Shown one piece after another: positions 10,541 to 20,588 of a DNA stretch of 64,000 bases. Numbering within the stretch: the first letter of the stretch is position 1; every line of letters starts with the position of its first letter. The position numbers were made by a program, and so were the translations under genes. Where the stretch lies: positions 6,961 to 70,960 of the forward strand of contig CAYWEW010000007.1 of assembly GCA_964457775.1 (NCBI GenBank), given 5' to 3'. The stretch is from an uncultured Candidatus Saccharibacteria bacterium. GTDB lineage: Bacteria > Patescibacteriota > Minisyncoccia > Phycocordibacterales > UBA5272. The notes below the pieces were generated by a model, which was not told the origin of the DNA, made no database searches, and worked only from the letters and a program-made list of their open reading frames with translations.

Positions 10541-11650
10541 ATGGAAAAGCGACGCTTTACCAGGGAAACATTCGCTGGTGTCAGGGAAAAAGTCTCTGCT
10601 GCTGGCGGAGATACGTCTTTTGCTGGTCGTCAGCATATCAAGAAAACCAACAAGCTTCACCCGCTTGTTGACCCTGCCGGCTATGGACTTGTTCGCAGGT
10701 CTTTGCCACGGTACTCAGAGTTGGCTGATGGACGGTTACTGTTGCCGAACGGCATTCCGATGCTTGACGAAACATTGTTCGACACGACTGGTTCGATGGG
10801 GCACAATGTTGCCCTTGCGTTTGAGTCATTGCCGACGATGTATGACCTTTTGACTGTGGGTGATTGTCCGGTTTTTGGCCGGTACGACCCGCAGATCATC
10901 AATGCCATCTTCGGCGATGTTGTGGATGACTACATCTGTGCTCGCTCACAAGCGGAAATGGATGAAAAAATCCCTGAACAGCTAACGCTGATGGTTCCAG
11001 AAAACGCTGGTGGTGATAATCCGGAAGATCCGGAATACGGCCTGTTTGGTGCGGCATTCCTCACGGATGCTTTTATCAACAGGTACGGCCTGAAAAGCTA
11101 TCATTCACTGGTTACCGATGCGACCAGTCATGGCCGTATCGACAAACCCAACCTGATTCGTGTGTTCGGTGATACGGTGTTCGATGTGGTTAAGGAAAAT
11201 GGTCATAGCATTACTGCGAAAGACCTACCTACCACAAAGGAAATCGTTGACGAACTAAAGAAGCGTACACACGCTTTCATGGTTCAGGTCGGTGATGAGG
11301 CTTATGTTGGAAGGTACTGGTCCGAAATTTACGGAGTTGATCACCTCGTCGTTATTGAATCGACGAAGTATCTTCCGTTCGTTAAGGCAGCCATTATCGG
11401 TCTAACTGAAGGCATCTTCGATTTGCAGTTTGTGCCTCAGTACCTTGAGTCGGTCGGTTGTGCGAAGAGTGCAGCAAAAAGCATTCAACGCGCAGTTGCC
11501 GGTATTCCTCTCGGTGCACAAGTGATGCTTCCCAACTTCGGTAAGATTCCGAATAGGGGAAGTGTGTTCGCAAAGAAACAGGACCTCTGGCCCATTGCGG
11601 ACGGTGCCACTGTTGACGAGGAAGAAACTGACGACGTTAAGTGGCTGTAA
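10541..11650 (+). CDS. von Willebrand factor A (vWA)-like protein
   Basis: MIDAS-like FDTTGSM, GGDNPED, VTDA; AAGGAG SD. Confidence 0.75.
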   Translation: MEKRRFTRETFAGVREKVSAAGGDTSFAGRQHIKKTNKLHPLVDPAGYGLVRRSLPRYSELADGRLLLPNGIPMLDETLFDTTGSMGHNVALAFESLPTMYDLLTVGDCPVFGRYDPQIINAIFGDVVDDYICARSQAEMDEKIPEQLTLMVPENAGGDNPEDPEYGLFGAAFLTDAFINRYGLKSYHSLVTDATSHGRIDKPNLIRVFGDTVFDVVKENGHSITAKDLPTTKEIVDELKKRTHAFMVQVGDEAYVGRYWSEIYGVDHLVVIESTKYLPFVKAAIIGLTEGIFDLQFVPQYLESVGCAKSAAKSIQRAVAGIPLGAQVMLPNFGKIPNRGSVFAKKQDLWPIADGATVDEEETDDVKWL

Positions 11651-11731
11651 TTTACGCCACATCAAGTGTTGGTGGGGTCATGGTTAAAATGGCCCCACCA
11701 ACATTAACATTAACCAAAAGGGAGGTGAAGA

Positions 11732-13123
11732 ATGGCTATCAAAAAAGCATATACTGTCACTGACCTTGGTGGTGGTGATGGAGGTAAGGGTGGTGTTATA
11801 CACAAGTTGTGTGCACTTCGTCGCCCTCATACAGTTATCAAAGTTGGTGGAGCACAAGGTAGTCATGGTGTTTTTACTTCACATGGTGAAAGATTCAATT
11901 TCAGTCAGTTTGGATGTGGGACATTCAATGGATCAAGGACATTTATATCTAATCGATTTGTTGTCTCACCCGTGGGATTACTTAATGAAGCACATGCGCT
12001 TCGATATGAATTAGGTGTACACGATCCGATGTCACTTCTAACGGTGGATGGTAATGCTCTCTGCACAACCCCATACCACGGGATAGCGTCTCGTCTTAAA
12101 GAACTCGCAAGAAAAGAAAATCCACGAGGAATTGTGGGTGTCGGGGTTGGTGAGGCGTTTATAGATGCCAAACAATTTCCTGAGCTTGCGTTTCGTGCGG
12201 CGGATCTTGGTCGTAAAGACATGAGATCTCGTCTTGCTCAGGTTCGAGCACAGAAGCTAGAAGAAGTTGCTAACGTGTTTGCATCTGGCTTTATGGCGGG
12301 GGATATAGAAGAAGCCAAAGAACAGCTTGATTTAATTCGTAATGATGATTTTCTTGATTGGGCCGCAGAACAATTCGAAGAATTTGCTAAACGTGTTAAG
12401 GTTGTCGATGAAGATTTTATTCGTCGGGAAATTTTTTCACGTGATGGTATTATTGTTTTGGAAAGTTCACACGGCGTTCTCACTGACAGGTATTATGGTT
12501 TTGGCCCTCATACATCACGCTTTCGTACATTGCCCGAAATTACTTCTTGGAGCTTGCTCCGTGATTATGATTATGGTGGTGATATTGTTAAGTTTGGTGT
12601 GACTCGTGCTTATCAAATTAGGCATGGGGCAGGACCACTTGTAACTGAAGACACAGAAATGGCAAATGATTTGCTTCCACATGAAGTGGGCGCAGTCGAC
12701 CGCTATCGTGGAAAGGTTCGTGTTGGTCCACTAGATACAGTTTCTCTTCGTTATGCAATTAATGTTTGTGGAGGTAGTAATGCTTTTGATGCAATTGCTG
12801 TAACGTGGTTTGATAGTGTAATTAGAAAGGGTGAATGGAAGGTTTGTAATCGTTATTATGACGCAACGGACCCGCTATTCTTTAACCAATCTGGGGACAT
12901 TATTGTACGTAGAGGGGATGACGATGTTCAGTTAAGGCGACAAGAAAGTTTAACTAAGGTGCTTAAGTCTTGTCGTCCAAGTGTTACAACGTTTCAATTA
13001 TCAAATGGTACTTCGCAAGAAAAGGCGATTAAACTGTGCAGCGACGTGCTAGCTGAGAGGCTTGGTACACCTGTGCGGATGATATCGTTTGGTCCAACAG
13101 AAGCAGATAAAGTTTGCTTCTAG
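11732..13123 (+). CDS. purA: Divergent adenylosuccinate synthetase (PurA)-like protein
   Basis: DLGGGDGGKG P-loop, GGAQGSH, ESSHGVLTD, RAYQIRHGAGPLVTE, RVGPLD, ISFGP; GGAGGTG SD. Confidence 0.8.
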   Translation: MAIKKAYTVTDLGGGDGGKGGVIHKLCALRRPHTVIKVGGAQGSHGVFTSHGERFNFSQFGCGTFNGSRTFISNRFVVSPVGLLNEAHALRYELGVHDPMSLLTVDGNALCTTPYHGIASRLKELARKENPRGIVGVGVGEAFIDAKQFPELAFRAADLGRKDMRSRLAQVRAQKLEEVANVFASGFMAGDIEEAKEQLDLIRNDDFLDWAAEQFEEFAKRVKVVDEDFIRREIFSRDGIIVLESSHGVLTDRYYGFGPHTSRFRTLPEITSWSLLRDYDYGGDIVKFGVTRAYQIRHGAGPLVTEDTEMANDLLPHEVGAVDRYRGKVRVGPLDTVSLRYAINVCGGSNAFDAIAVTWFDSVIRKGEWKVCNRYYDATDPLFFNQSGDIIVRRGDDDVQLRRQESLTKVLKSCRPSVTTFQLSNGTSQEKAIKLCSDVLAERLGTPVRMISFGPTEADKVCF

Positions 13124-13173
13124 TTCTAAGCCGCGAGGAATTTTCTCGCATCAACCAACATTAGGAGAAAAGC

Positions 13174-14301
13174 ATGAACGATATACTGAAGGCCCGTTTG
13201 ATTGAGCTCGGACTCGGTGAAGACCAGGTTGCGAAGCTTGAAGCGGAAGGTGTCAAGGAAGAAGCCGATCTGCAGCTTCTCAATCGGGATGAATTGAAAT
13301 CACTCACCGGTTGCGGACTTGTGGCGGCGGCGAAGATTGCGGCGGCATTTACTGCTACTGTCGTAGCCACTCCGGCCGAGTCTGCGGTTCCGCCGATGGG
13401 GGCAGCAACGTTTGACATCCTCCCCCCGGTTCCGAGTGATGAAGCCTGGATGAATGCTCTCAAGGTTGGCGGCGTGCTCAAGTTCAATTCGAGTACTGTC
13501 ATCGGCACGGTGAGTGCAGCCCTAGCTGCCAAGGTGGGTCTTTACGAACTGCCGGGCAAGATCGGGGTGGCCATGGAAAGGCAGGCGGAGTCGCTCGAAG
13601 AACCTGTCGGTGAGGATTATTACCAGATGCAAAACCTCCTCACCCGTCGTAGCTATGCGGACATCTTTGCAGCAATGCCAGGTGTTGACGGCCGGTTCGC
13701 GACTCAGACGCGCAAGGATGTACTGCTTCGTCGTTTGAATGAGCGGTTGTGGGGCTCATTGAGCTCCTATCAACAACAGCTCAAGCAGTGGGTCGAGGCG
13801 TGGCAACAAGGGATGTCCAACCCTGCGGCCATGATGAGTGTGTTTACTGCAATGGCTGGTGGGGTCGGCGCTGTTCCTCCGGGAATGATGCAACCGCCCC
13901 CGATTGACGTTTTGCGGGATGCTGCTGACGGTGTTGTGAACGACATCAACTACGTGTTTGCCGGAACTGGCATTCCCGTTGCGATGGCGCTTGCATACGA
14001 CGCTCAGCAAATCCGCAAAGTTCTCGAAAACCCGTCGCTTCCTGCGCAAGTCGGAGCAGCGAATCGGGAACAAATGCTGCGCATGCTTGGTGCAGCGGTA
14101 TCGTCGGACTATCCGCGTCTCGAAAAAAACCTGAAGCAGTTTGCGCTCGGCATCATCGAGTTTCAAAATGTGACTTCAGGGCAAGCAGAGCTTCAATATG
14201 TCGTCGCGCTTTATCAGCTTGGTTCCATGATTCCGTGGGACAAGCTTGATACCAGCGACGGCGGTCATTCCGGCCTTGGTCGGGGAGGTAAGAAGCTCTA
14301 A
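13174..14301 (+). CDS. Hypothetical protein with N-terminal SAM/HhH-like domain
   Basis: LGLGEDQVAKLEAEGV..ADLQLLNRDELKSLTGCGLVAAAKI pattern, Ala/Pro linker, helical C-terminus; AGGAG SD; GC-rich codons. Confidence 0.75.
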   Translation: MNDILKARLIELGLGEDQVAKLEAEGVKEEADLQLLNRDELKSLTGCGLVAAAKIAAAFTATVVATPAESAVPPMGAATFDILPPVPSDEAWMNALKVGGVLKFNSSTVIGTVSAALAAKVGLYELPGKIGVAMERQAESLEEPVGEDYYQMQNLLTRRSYADIFAAMPGVDGRFATQTRKDVLLRRLNERLWGSLSSYQQQLKQWVEAWQQGMSNPAAMMSVFTAMAGGVGAVPPGMMQPPPIDVLRDAADGVVNDINYVFAGTGIPVAMALAYDAQQIRKVLENPSLPAQVGAANREQMLRMLGAAVSSDYPRLEKNLKQFALGIIEFQNVTSGQAELQYVVALYQLGSMIPWDKLDTSDGGHSGLGRGGKKL

Positions 14302-14340
14302 TCAGTTCTTTCTGTTTGTAATGTTGCTAATTTTGCAACA

Positions 14341-14367
14341 AAGGCGATCTTCGGATCGCCTTTTTTT
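14341..14367 (+). terminator. Intrinsic terminator ending the four-gene operon
   Basis: AAGGCGATC-ttcg-GATCGCCTT plus T-run (UUCG tetraloop). Confidence 0.85.
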
Positions 14368-14383
14368 ATACATAAGTTATTTT

Positions 14384-16345
14384 TTATTTTGGTTTACTTA
14401 ATTGTGGGAGAAATACTCTGTTAATAAATAATTGAGTAGCCAGTCTACGGTACCCAGAGTCATAAAAAGCACTATCACTATCAACGTTATCTGAATGTTC
14501 AGTTTCTAGATTTCCTTTTTTTGGAAAGAAATGTCTATATCCTTTGTGCATTAATCTGTATTGTAAAGTGTCACGCCCGATTTCCTCAGTCCAAACTTTT
14601 TGTGCACCTTGTCCAAGGATATATTTGTCCTCTGAATAAAGATATCCAGGCATTAATTTTTTATATAATTCTTTTATTGTTTCTGTGTCTCCATACCAAG
14701 CTCCGATGAGAGGATGAGTAAGAGTGCTATCGCCAAGTTTGGTGTCAGGATTATCAAAGTCTAAAATGGACATATTGCCGTCATTTTCTTCTAACCAAAA
14801 CTCCATAACCTCACCTTGTATTTTTTCATGAGTGAATGTTTTTTTTATTAAATCTTGGAGATGTTTACGTTTTTCAAATGGAGTACCAGGTTTAACAAAG
14901 ACTGCGATATCAAGGTCTGCTTTACTTTTTGCATATCCTTTTATTCTTGATCCAAGCATTATAACGACCGGATATATTAATTCGGATAATTCTTTATCTT
15001 TTTCGATGGATTCTATTGTTGATGTTATATCTTTAGTATGTATTTCTAAACTGTCCATTCTACCAGTTAAATCAAAATTTAAATTAGGTGATTTTATTCC
15101 AAAACTTGCCAGCTGTTCTTCATTTATAATTTGTAATGAATATAGATGAAGTATCAATTCTTCCGTGGCAGTATGAACATCAGAATCATTTTCAATTAAC
15201 CATAGACTTTTTATTAAGTTCTCATGTTTTTGATAAAATTCCTTAGCTTCAATGTTGCTTGTTTTTACTAAAGTTTCTATTACTTCTTGTATAGATTTAA
15301 TTATAAGTGTGTTTTCTATATTTTCTCCATCAATCGACAATTTATTTTTTATTAATGTTTCAAATTGTTCTGGTCCGAATGATAAAGTGTGAAGTGCTAT
15401 AATTTTTGAGTACCTTTCTAAAAGAAGCCTTCTTTTTTCTTCTTTAAGCCAAAGACCACGACGGTTGGTTGCTTCAGGGTAATCTCTATCAATAATTGCG
15501 GCTTCATTTTCAAAATCTTTTTGCATCATATCTGTAATATTTGAAATATCTGATTTAGGTAAGTCTAGTTTTGTTTCCTGAGAGCTAGATTTGTTTGCTT
15601 GTATGATTCTGGCCATGTTTGAGACCAGGCGATTTTCTGATTTTTCAATGAGGTCGAGGTCGTTTTCATTAATTAATCCCATATCTGCTAATACTGGTAA
15701 TGTATCAGCAATGCTATCCGCGAGTATCTTATCTGTCGTTGTTTCTAGTAAATTAATTATTTCTTCAAAAGATAATATTCCTCTTTTTAAAAATTGAGGA
15801 ATAAGATGCGCAGCTTTAACTACTTCAGGTAAGGGTTCTTTTCTGTACTCAACTTCTGGAATGTTACCATCTATGAAGTCAGCTCTAAGATTGTGTTGAG
15901 TAAGTAAATTCCCCCATCCATTTTTAATGTTAGACGCTAGTTTTGAGTTTGCCTTCGAAAGTTCATCTGTCTTTATTTGTGAATTTAAGTTGGGAAGAAG
16001 TTCAAAAGGCAAGTAAAGTAAAATTTGAGCATTATTTTTATCTTGTTCTAGCAAAAGAGAAAGGGTGTCGTAAAGTTCAACTAAATCTTTTTCCTGAAGT
16101 GTCTCATTTTTTATACTATCCCAGATATCTGTAGTTGCTTCTGGAATAAGATTATATAAATGACTAAGTTCTTTAGAAAGCCTTCGTCTTGTCCTTGCTT
16201 GCTCTTGCAGGTTTTTGTTATTTCGCACTTCTTCTGTCCAAGGTACATTTGTTGTTTCTATATACAATAATGATTCGGTGGCAGGGGAGGTGAGCACTAT
16301 TTTCGGAGATGATTCCAATGTTGCAAATGGCTGCTTGTTTTCCAT
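14384..16345 (-). CDS. Large helical protein with C-terminal Pol-beta-type nucleotidyltransferase domain
   Basis: VIMLGSRIKGYAKSKADLDIAVFV = hG[S]...DxD motif; start taken at MENKQ (16345). Confidence 0.75.
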   Translation of the reverse strand: MENKQPFATLESSPKIVLTSPATESLLYIETTNVPWTEEVRNNKNLQEQARTRRRLSKELSHLYNLIPEATTDIWDSIKNETLQEKDLVELYDTLSLLLEQDKNNAQILLYLPFELLPNLNSQIKTDELSKANSKLASNIKNGWGNLLTQHNLRADFIDGNIPEVEYRKEPLPEVVKAAHLIPQFLKRGILSFEEIINLLETTTDKILADSIADTLPVLADMGLINENDLDLIEKSENRLVSNMARIIQANKSSSQETKLDLPKSDISNITDMMQKDFENEAAIIDRDYPEATNRRGLWLKEEKRRLLLERYSKIIALHTLSFGPEQFETLIKNKLSIDGENIENTLIIKSIQEVIETLVKTSNIEAKEFYQKHENLIKSLWLIENDSDVHTATEELILHLYSLQIINEEQLASFGIKSPNLNFDLTGRMDSLEIHTKDITSTIESIEKDKELSELIYPVVIMLGSRIKGYAKSKADLDIAVFVKPGTPFEKRKHLQDLIKKTFTHEKIQGEVMEFWLEENDGNMSILDFDNPDTKLGDSTLTHPLIGAWYGDTETIKELYKKLMPGYLYSEDKYILGQGAQKVWTEEIGRDTLQYRLMHKGYRHFFPKKGNLETEHSDNVDSDSAFYDSGYRRLATQLFINRVFLPQLSKPK

Positions 16346-16431
16346 AGTATTACATATATTATACAAGACAAGACTAGAGATGACTATTATCCTTGACATT
16401 TCTAAATTTATGTTGTAGGGTTTTAAAAGAT

Positions 16432-16469
16432 TTGCATTAAAAAACTATATAGTGTATAATATACACTAT
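16432..16469 (+). promoter_or_regulatory. pncA promoter with NrtR operator 3
   Basis: TTGCAT-N17-TATAAT overlapped by ATAGTGT-N7-ACACTAT (16449-16469). Confidence 0.85.
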
Positions 16470-16537
16470 TAAGGTAGATTACCTTGGTAAGGAAGTTCTT
16501 TGTAATAAAATCATTCAACAAACAAGGAGAAGTTATC

Positions 16538-17194
16538 ATGAAAAACAAATGGAAAATCGGTGAAAATGGTAACAAGGATGCACTGGTAATCATTGATGCA
16601 GAAGTCGATTTTGTGAATCCTGGTGGCAAACTTTATGTGTCCGGGGTAGATGGTGAATCAAGTGGAGATGATGTTGTTTTCGGTATAATCGAACTCAACA
16701 AACAGCCGTTCGATTATCGAGTCACCTCAGAAGATGAACATCCTCCTGGCCATATTGAGTTTGATATTTTTCCTCCACATTGTGAAAAAGGAAAAGTTGG
16801 TCAAGAATACGTAGCGGTCCTTGACCCCGTGTATGAAAGCAGTGATGAAAATCTCGTCAAAGGTGATGATGTTAGCATTATTGCCTACTCTATTGCAACG
16901 AGTAAGGAATTCGCCAATCACATTGGCCGTCTTCGTGCAAAGGGCATCAAGCGAATTTTCGTTACTGGCTGGGCATATACCCACTGTGTAGGAGAATCTG
17001 CAATTGCATACGCATCTCAAGGTTTCGAAACCTTTGTTGTGCGTGACCTTACTCGCAGTGTTGCTCCTCCTTACGGAGATCCTGAAGTCATGAAACAAAA
17101 ACTCGCACTTTATGGTGTCAAAGAAGTTTATATGGCAGATATGGAAAGTGCTGACTCATTTCTTTCTGTGGCCATAAGCAGCCCTTGTCCGTGA
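16538..17194 (+). CDS. pncA: Nicotinamidase (isochorismatase family)
   Basis: IIDAEVDFVNPGGKLYV, DEHPPGH, PPHC, KG, AYTHCV catalytic Cys; AAGGAG SD. Confidence 0.88.
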   Translation: MKNKWKIGENGNKDALVIIDAEVDFVNPGGKLYVSGVDGESSGDDVVFGIIELNKQPFDYRVTSEDEHPPGHIEFDIFPPHCEKGKVGQEYVAVLDPVYESSDENLVKGDDVSIIAYSIATSKEFANHIGRLRAKGIKRIFVTGWAYTHCVGESAIAYASQGFETFVVRDLTRSVAPPYGDPEVMKQKLALYGVKEVYMADMESADSFLSVAISSPCP

Positions 17195-17203
17195 TTTGTT
17201 GTT

Positions 17204-17246
17204 GGGTTTCTGCTCTATGTTTGCTCATTTAGCAGAAACCCTTTTT
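17204..17246 (+). terminator. Intrinsic terminator after pncA
   Basis: GGGTTTCTGCT...AGCAGAAACCC-TTTTT. Confidence 0.7.
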
Positions 17247-17287
17247 ATAAAGTATCTAAATAATTATTTGGGTATTTTTAGAAAATA

Positions 17288-19150
17288 ATGAAAAAAATTT
17301 ATACTAACAATTTAAAAATATCAGTTGCGCAAATGAGTCCAACACCAATGAATGTTGTGGCTAATTTGTCAGCAATTAAAGACTATATAAATAAAGCTAA
17401 AAATACTGGTTCACAAGTAGTTGTCTTTCCTGAGCTTTGTGTTTCTGGATATGTACTTGGTGATAGATTTGAGTACAGCGATTTTATAAATGAATTACAA
17501 GAAGCAAATGATACTATTCGTGAAATGAGTGAAGGTATTGTTGTTGTATGGGGGAACATTGTAAGTGACACTACTAAGATTGGTGAAGACGGACGCATTA
17601 GAAAATATAATGCTGTACTTATTGCGTACAATGGAAAGTGGGTAAGTAACGGTGTACTTCTAGGATTTTTACCAAAGAATAATCTTCCTAAATATCGTAT
17701 CTTTGATGATTCAAGACACTTTTATCCTGCATATAAATTAGTCAAAGAAATGAATTTAGAGTTGAACGATTTTTTTAAAGCTTTTGAAATAAATATTGAT
17801 GGTGTAATTTACAAAATAGCTTTGGCTATTTGTGAAGATATGTGGGAGGATGAATATTCAATAAAATTATCTAAGATATATCAAAAACAAAATATTGATT
17901 TGCTTGTCGACGTATCTGCCTCACCTTGGACACTGGGTAAGTGGCACGCACGTGAGAATATGCTTGTGAAAAGGGTTAAAGATTTGAATGCGCCAATGCT
18001 ATATGTTAATTGTGTTGGGCTACAAAATAATGGCAAGAATTTAATCTGGTTTGATGGAGCTTCTGTATTCGTTAAGGAGGATGGAGAATTTGTTTTTCGT
18101 GCAGAGAATAATATAAATAATTTGTATTCTTTTTCTGTTGCTGATTTAAAAGCAAATAATTCTTATAAACAAAAAAGTGAAGTAGAAGAACTTTATTCCA
18201 ATATCACAAGTGCAATGTATGAGTTCTATAAAGATTTTAATAAAGTAGTTGTTGGATTGTCAGGTGGCATAGATTCAGCACTTACACTTGCTTTACTTTG
18301 TGCTGTTTTACCAAAAGAAAAAATTCTTACAGTTAATATGCCAACTAGATTTAATTCTTCCACTACTAAAGATTTGGCTAAGAAATGTGCAGAGAATTTT
18401 GGTGTTGAGTATAAAGTAGTAGCAATTGATGAATTATTCGAAGCACAATGTAAAGTACTTTTGGATTCAGGTTTATCATCACTTAATACTTTAGTAAAAG
18501 AGAATATTCAAGCTCGTCTTCGTTTACAACAACTCGCAACTATTTCGGCATCTTATGGTGGGGTGTTTACCAACAATGGAAACAAGACAGAGGTATCCCT
18601 TAATTACTTTACACTTTATGGAGATGCAGGCGGATCATCAGCATTTCTTGGAGATCTTTGGAAAGGACAAGTGTATGAATTATCTAAATATATTAATTTA
18701 ATTAATAACAAAGAACTTATTCCAGAAGGAATTATAAATATTATTCCAAGTGCTGAACTTTCAGAAAATCAAAATGTAGACGAAGGGAAAGGGGATCCAA
18801 TCTTTTATGAATATCACGACAAATTACTTTTGGCTTTTGTTGAATCTCGTATAGGTATTACGGATATTCTTGTGAAATATGAGGCAGGCACCCTTGAAAA
18901 ATATTTGAAGTGTGAAGAAGGTACAATCGCAAAATATTTTAAGACAACAGCTGAATTCATTAATAATCTAGAATGGGCATGGAATGCATACAACACAGAA
19001 TATAAACGAGTACAGTTACCACCAGTATTTCTAGCATCTCGCAGAGCTTTTGGTTTTGACAGAAGAGACACTATCGCACCAGCTTTTTTCTCCCAAGAAT
19101 ATGTAACACTAAAAGAAAAACTCCTTACTTCATCTGATACTGCTACATAA
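17288..19150 (+). CDS. nadE: Glutamine-dependent NAD+ synthetase
   Basis: Nitrilase domain (FPEL, LPKY.IFDD.RHF, ICEDMW) plus GLSGGIDS, ENIQAR, GNKTE, TLYGD, PSAEL. Confidence 0.93.
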   Translation: MKKIYTNNLKISVAQMSPTPMNVVANLSAIKDYINKAKNTGSQVVVFPELCVSGYVLGDRFEYSDFINELQEANDTIREMSEGIVVVWGNIVSDTTKIGEDGRIRKYNAVLIAYNGKWVSNGVLLGFLPKNNLPKYRIFDDSRHFYPAYKLVKEMNLELNDFFKAFEINIDGVIYKIALAICEDMWEDEYSIKLSKIYQKQNIDLLVDVSASPWTLGKWHARENMLVKRVKDLNAPMLYVNCVGLQNNGKNLIWFDGASVFVKEDGEFVFRAENNINNLYSFSVADLKANNSYKQKSEVEELYSNITSAMYEFYKDFNKVVVGLSGGIDSALTLALLCAVLPKEKILTVNMPTRFNSSTTKDLAKKCAENFGVEYKVVAIDELFEAQCKVLLDSGLSSLNTLVKENIQARLRLQQLATISASYGGVFTNNGNKTEVSLNYFTLYGDAGGSSAFLGDLWKGQVYELSKYINLINNKELIPEGIINIIPSAELSENQNVDEGKGDPIFYEYHDKLLLAFVESRIGITDILVKYEAGTLEKYLKCEEGTIAKYFKTTAEFINNLEWAWNAYNTEYKRVQLPPVFLASRRAFGFDRRDTIAPAFFSQEYVTLKEKLLTSSDTAT

Positions 19151-19212
19151 CAGGATGCAGTGTCAGATGAACCGTAGTTCTTTGTTAATTTTAAGGAAAG
19201 GAAGGGAATCAA

Positions 19213-20523
19213 ATGAACCCGAAACTTCGTGAGCTTATTGAAGAAACGATTAGGATTGTTCGCAGTAAGGAATTTGTTCCGCCTGTTCAAAATGTAACAG
19301 ATATTGATGTTTACAAATTATTCATGATGCAATTTATCAGGCATTATTACCCAGATGTTGAAGCAACTTTCAAGTTGACCGTAAGAGATAAAGCGATAAG
19401 ACTTTGGAAGTATGTTGACCAAGATGAGCTTCGTCAATCTTTTGACCACATGAGGTCACTTTCGCTACGAAAGACTGACCGATATTATCTTCGTGGCATG
19501 GATCTCTACGACAAGTACATGTTTAGCGAAGATTTTCTTTCTTCTTTCGGAAGTTTTCATCTTCCGGAGTACAAGATTGACCACAAAGATGGGATTATGG
19601 ATGTTCAATTTCCTGGTCTGTGGTCAGAGAGCTCTCTTTGGGAAACTGGCGGAATGGCTGTTATTTCTGAGTTGTACTATCGCGGATTTTTGAAGGAGCT
19701 TACTGATGATCAAATACGTGACCTCTATATAGTTGCGGATAACAGACTTCAGAATGATCTACTTCGAATCAAAAAGAATCCTTGGGTTCGATTTGCTGAT
19801 TTCGGACATCGTCGTCGTCATAGTTTTCTTTGGCAGAAGTATGTCATTGGTGAAACCAAACGTGTTCTCGGTGATCAGTTCATCGGTACCTCGGATGTCT
19901 GGATGGCTTTTCATTATGACTTGAACGTGATTGGTACGAATGCTCATGAATTGCCAATGGTAGTAACGGCAATTGCTAAGAGCGATGAGGAAATGCGTCA
20001 AGCTCAATACCAAGTTCTTTGGCAGTGGCAAGAGATGTACGGCAAGGGTCTACGCATCATTCTTCCTGACACTTATGGGTCTGAGCAGTTTTTTGCAAAT
20101 GCACCTAAGTGGTTATTGGAGTGGCGTGGTCAAAGGCAGGATTCTGGAGACCCTATTACTGAAATTGATAGGTACAAGGATTGGCTCATTTCTAATGGGG
20201 TTAATCCCAATGAAAGAATCTCTCTCCCTTCCGATGGTCTTGATGTTTCGTCGATGATTTCAATCGCGTCGCATTATGAAGGTAAGCATGTAACTGGTTT
20301 TGGTTACGGTACGGGCCTCACCAATAACTTCAATGGCATTCTACCTGGGAATGAAGATTTTCGGTCATTCTCAATGGTGATAAAAGCCTATTTGGCAAAT
20401 GGTAATCCTTGCGTGAAGTTGCCAAACGATATCAATAAGGCAACAGGGGAAGCTTCTGCAAAAGAGCGCTATCTCAGAGTCTTTGGTCGACAGCATCGAG
20501 TCGAAAGAGAAGTGTTTGTTTGA
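19213..20523 (+). CDS. pncB: Nicotinate phosphoribosyltransferase
   Basis: TDIDVYKLFMMQF, ADFGHRRRHS, GTNAHE, LPDTYG, RQDSGDP, SDGLD, GYGTGLTN. Confidence 0.92.
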   Translation: MNPKLRELIEETIRIVRSKEFVPPVQNVTDIDVYKLFMMQFIRHYYPDVEATFKLTVRDKAIRLWKYVDQDELRQSFDHMRSLSLRKTDRYYLRGMDLYDKYMFSEDFLSSFGSFHLPEYKIDHKDGIMDVQFPGLWSESSLWETGGMAVISELYYRGFLKELTDDQIRDLYIVADNRLQNDLLRIKKNPWVRFADFGHRRRHSFLWQKYVIGETKRVLGDQFIGTSDVWMAFHYDLNVIGTNAHELPMVVTAIAKSDEEMRQAQYQVLWQWQEMYGKGLRIILPDTYGSEQFFANAPKWLLEWRGQRQDSGDPITEIDRYKDWLISNGVNPNERISLPSDGLDVSSMISIASHYEGKHVTGFGYGTGLTNNFNGILPGNEDFRSFSMVIKAYLANGNPCVKLPNDINKATGEASAKERYLRVFGRQHRVEREVFV

Positions 20524-20532
20524 AAAACTTTG

Positions 20533-20563
20533 AATCCGGTCAATATATTTTGACCGGATTTTT
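20533..20563 (+). terminator. Intrinsic terminator after pncB
   Basis: AATCCGGTCAA...TTGACCGGATT-TTT. Confidence 0.7.
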
Positions 20564-20588
20564 CTTTTATCTGGGTATTTAATTTTAC

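Noticed and set aside
11732-13123. PurZ (Z-genome) assignment
   Set aside because: The catalytic Asp of the GDxGKG loop is retained (PurZ has Ser) and there is no datZ/mazZ/phage polymerase context
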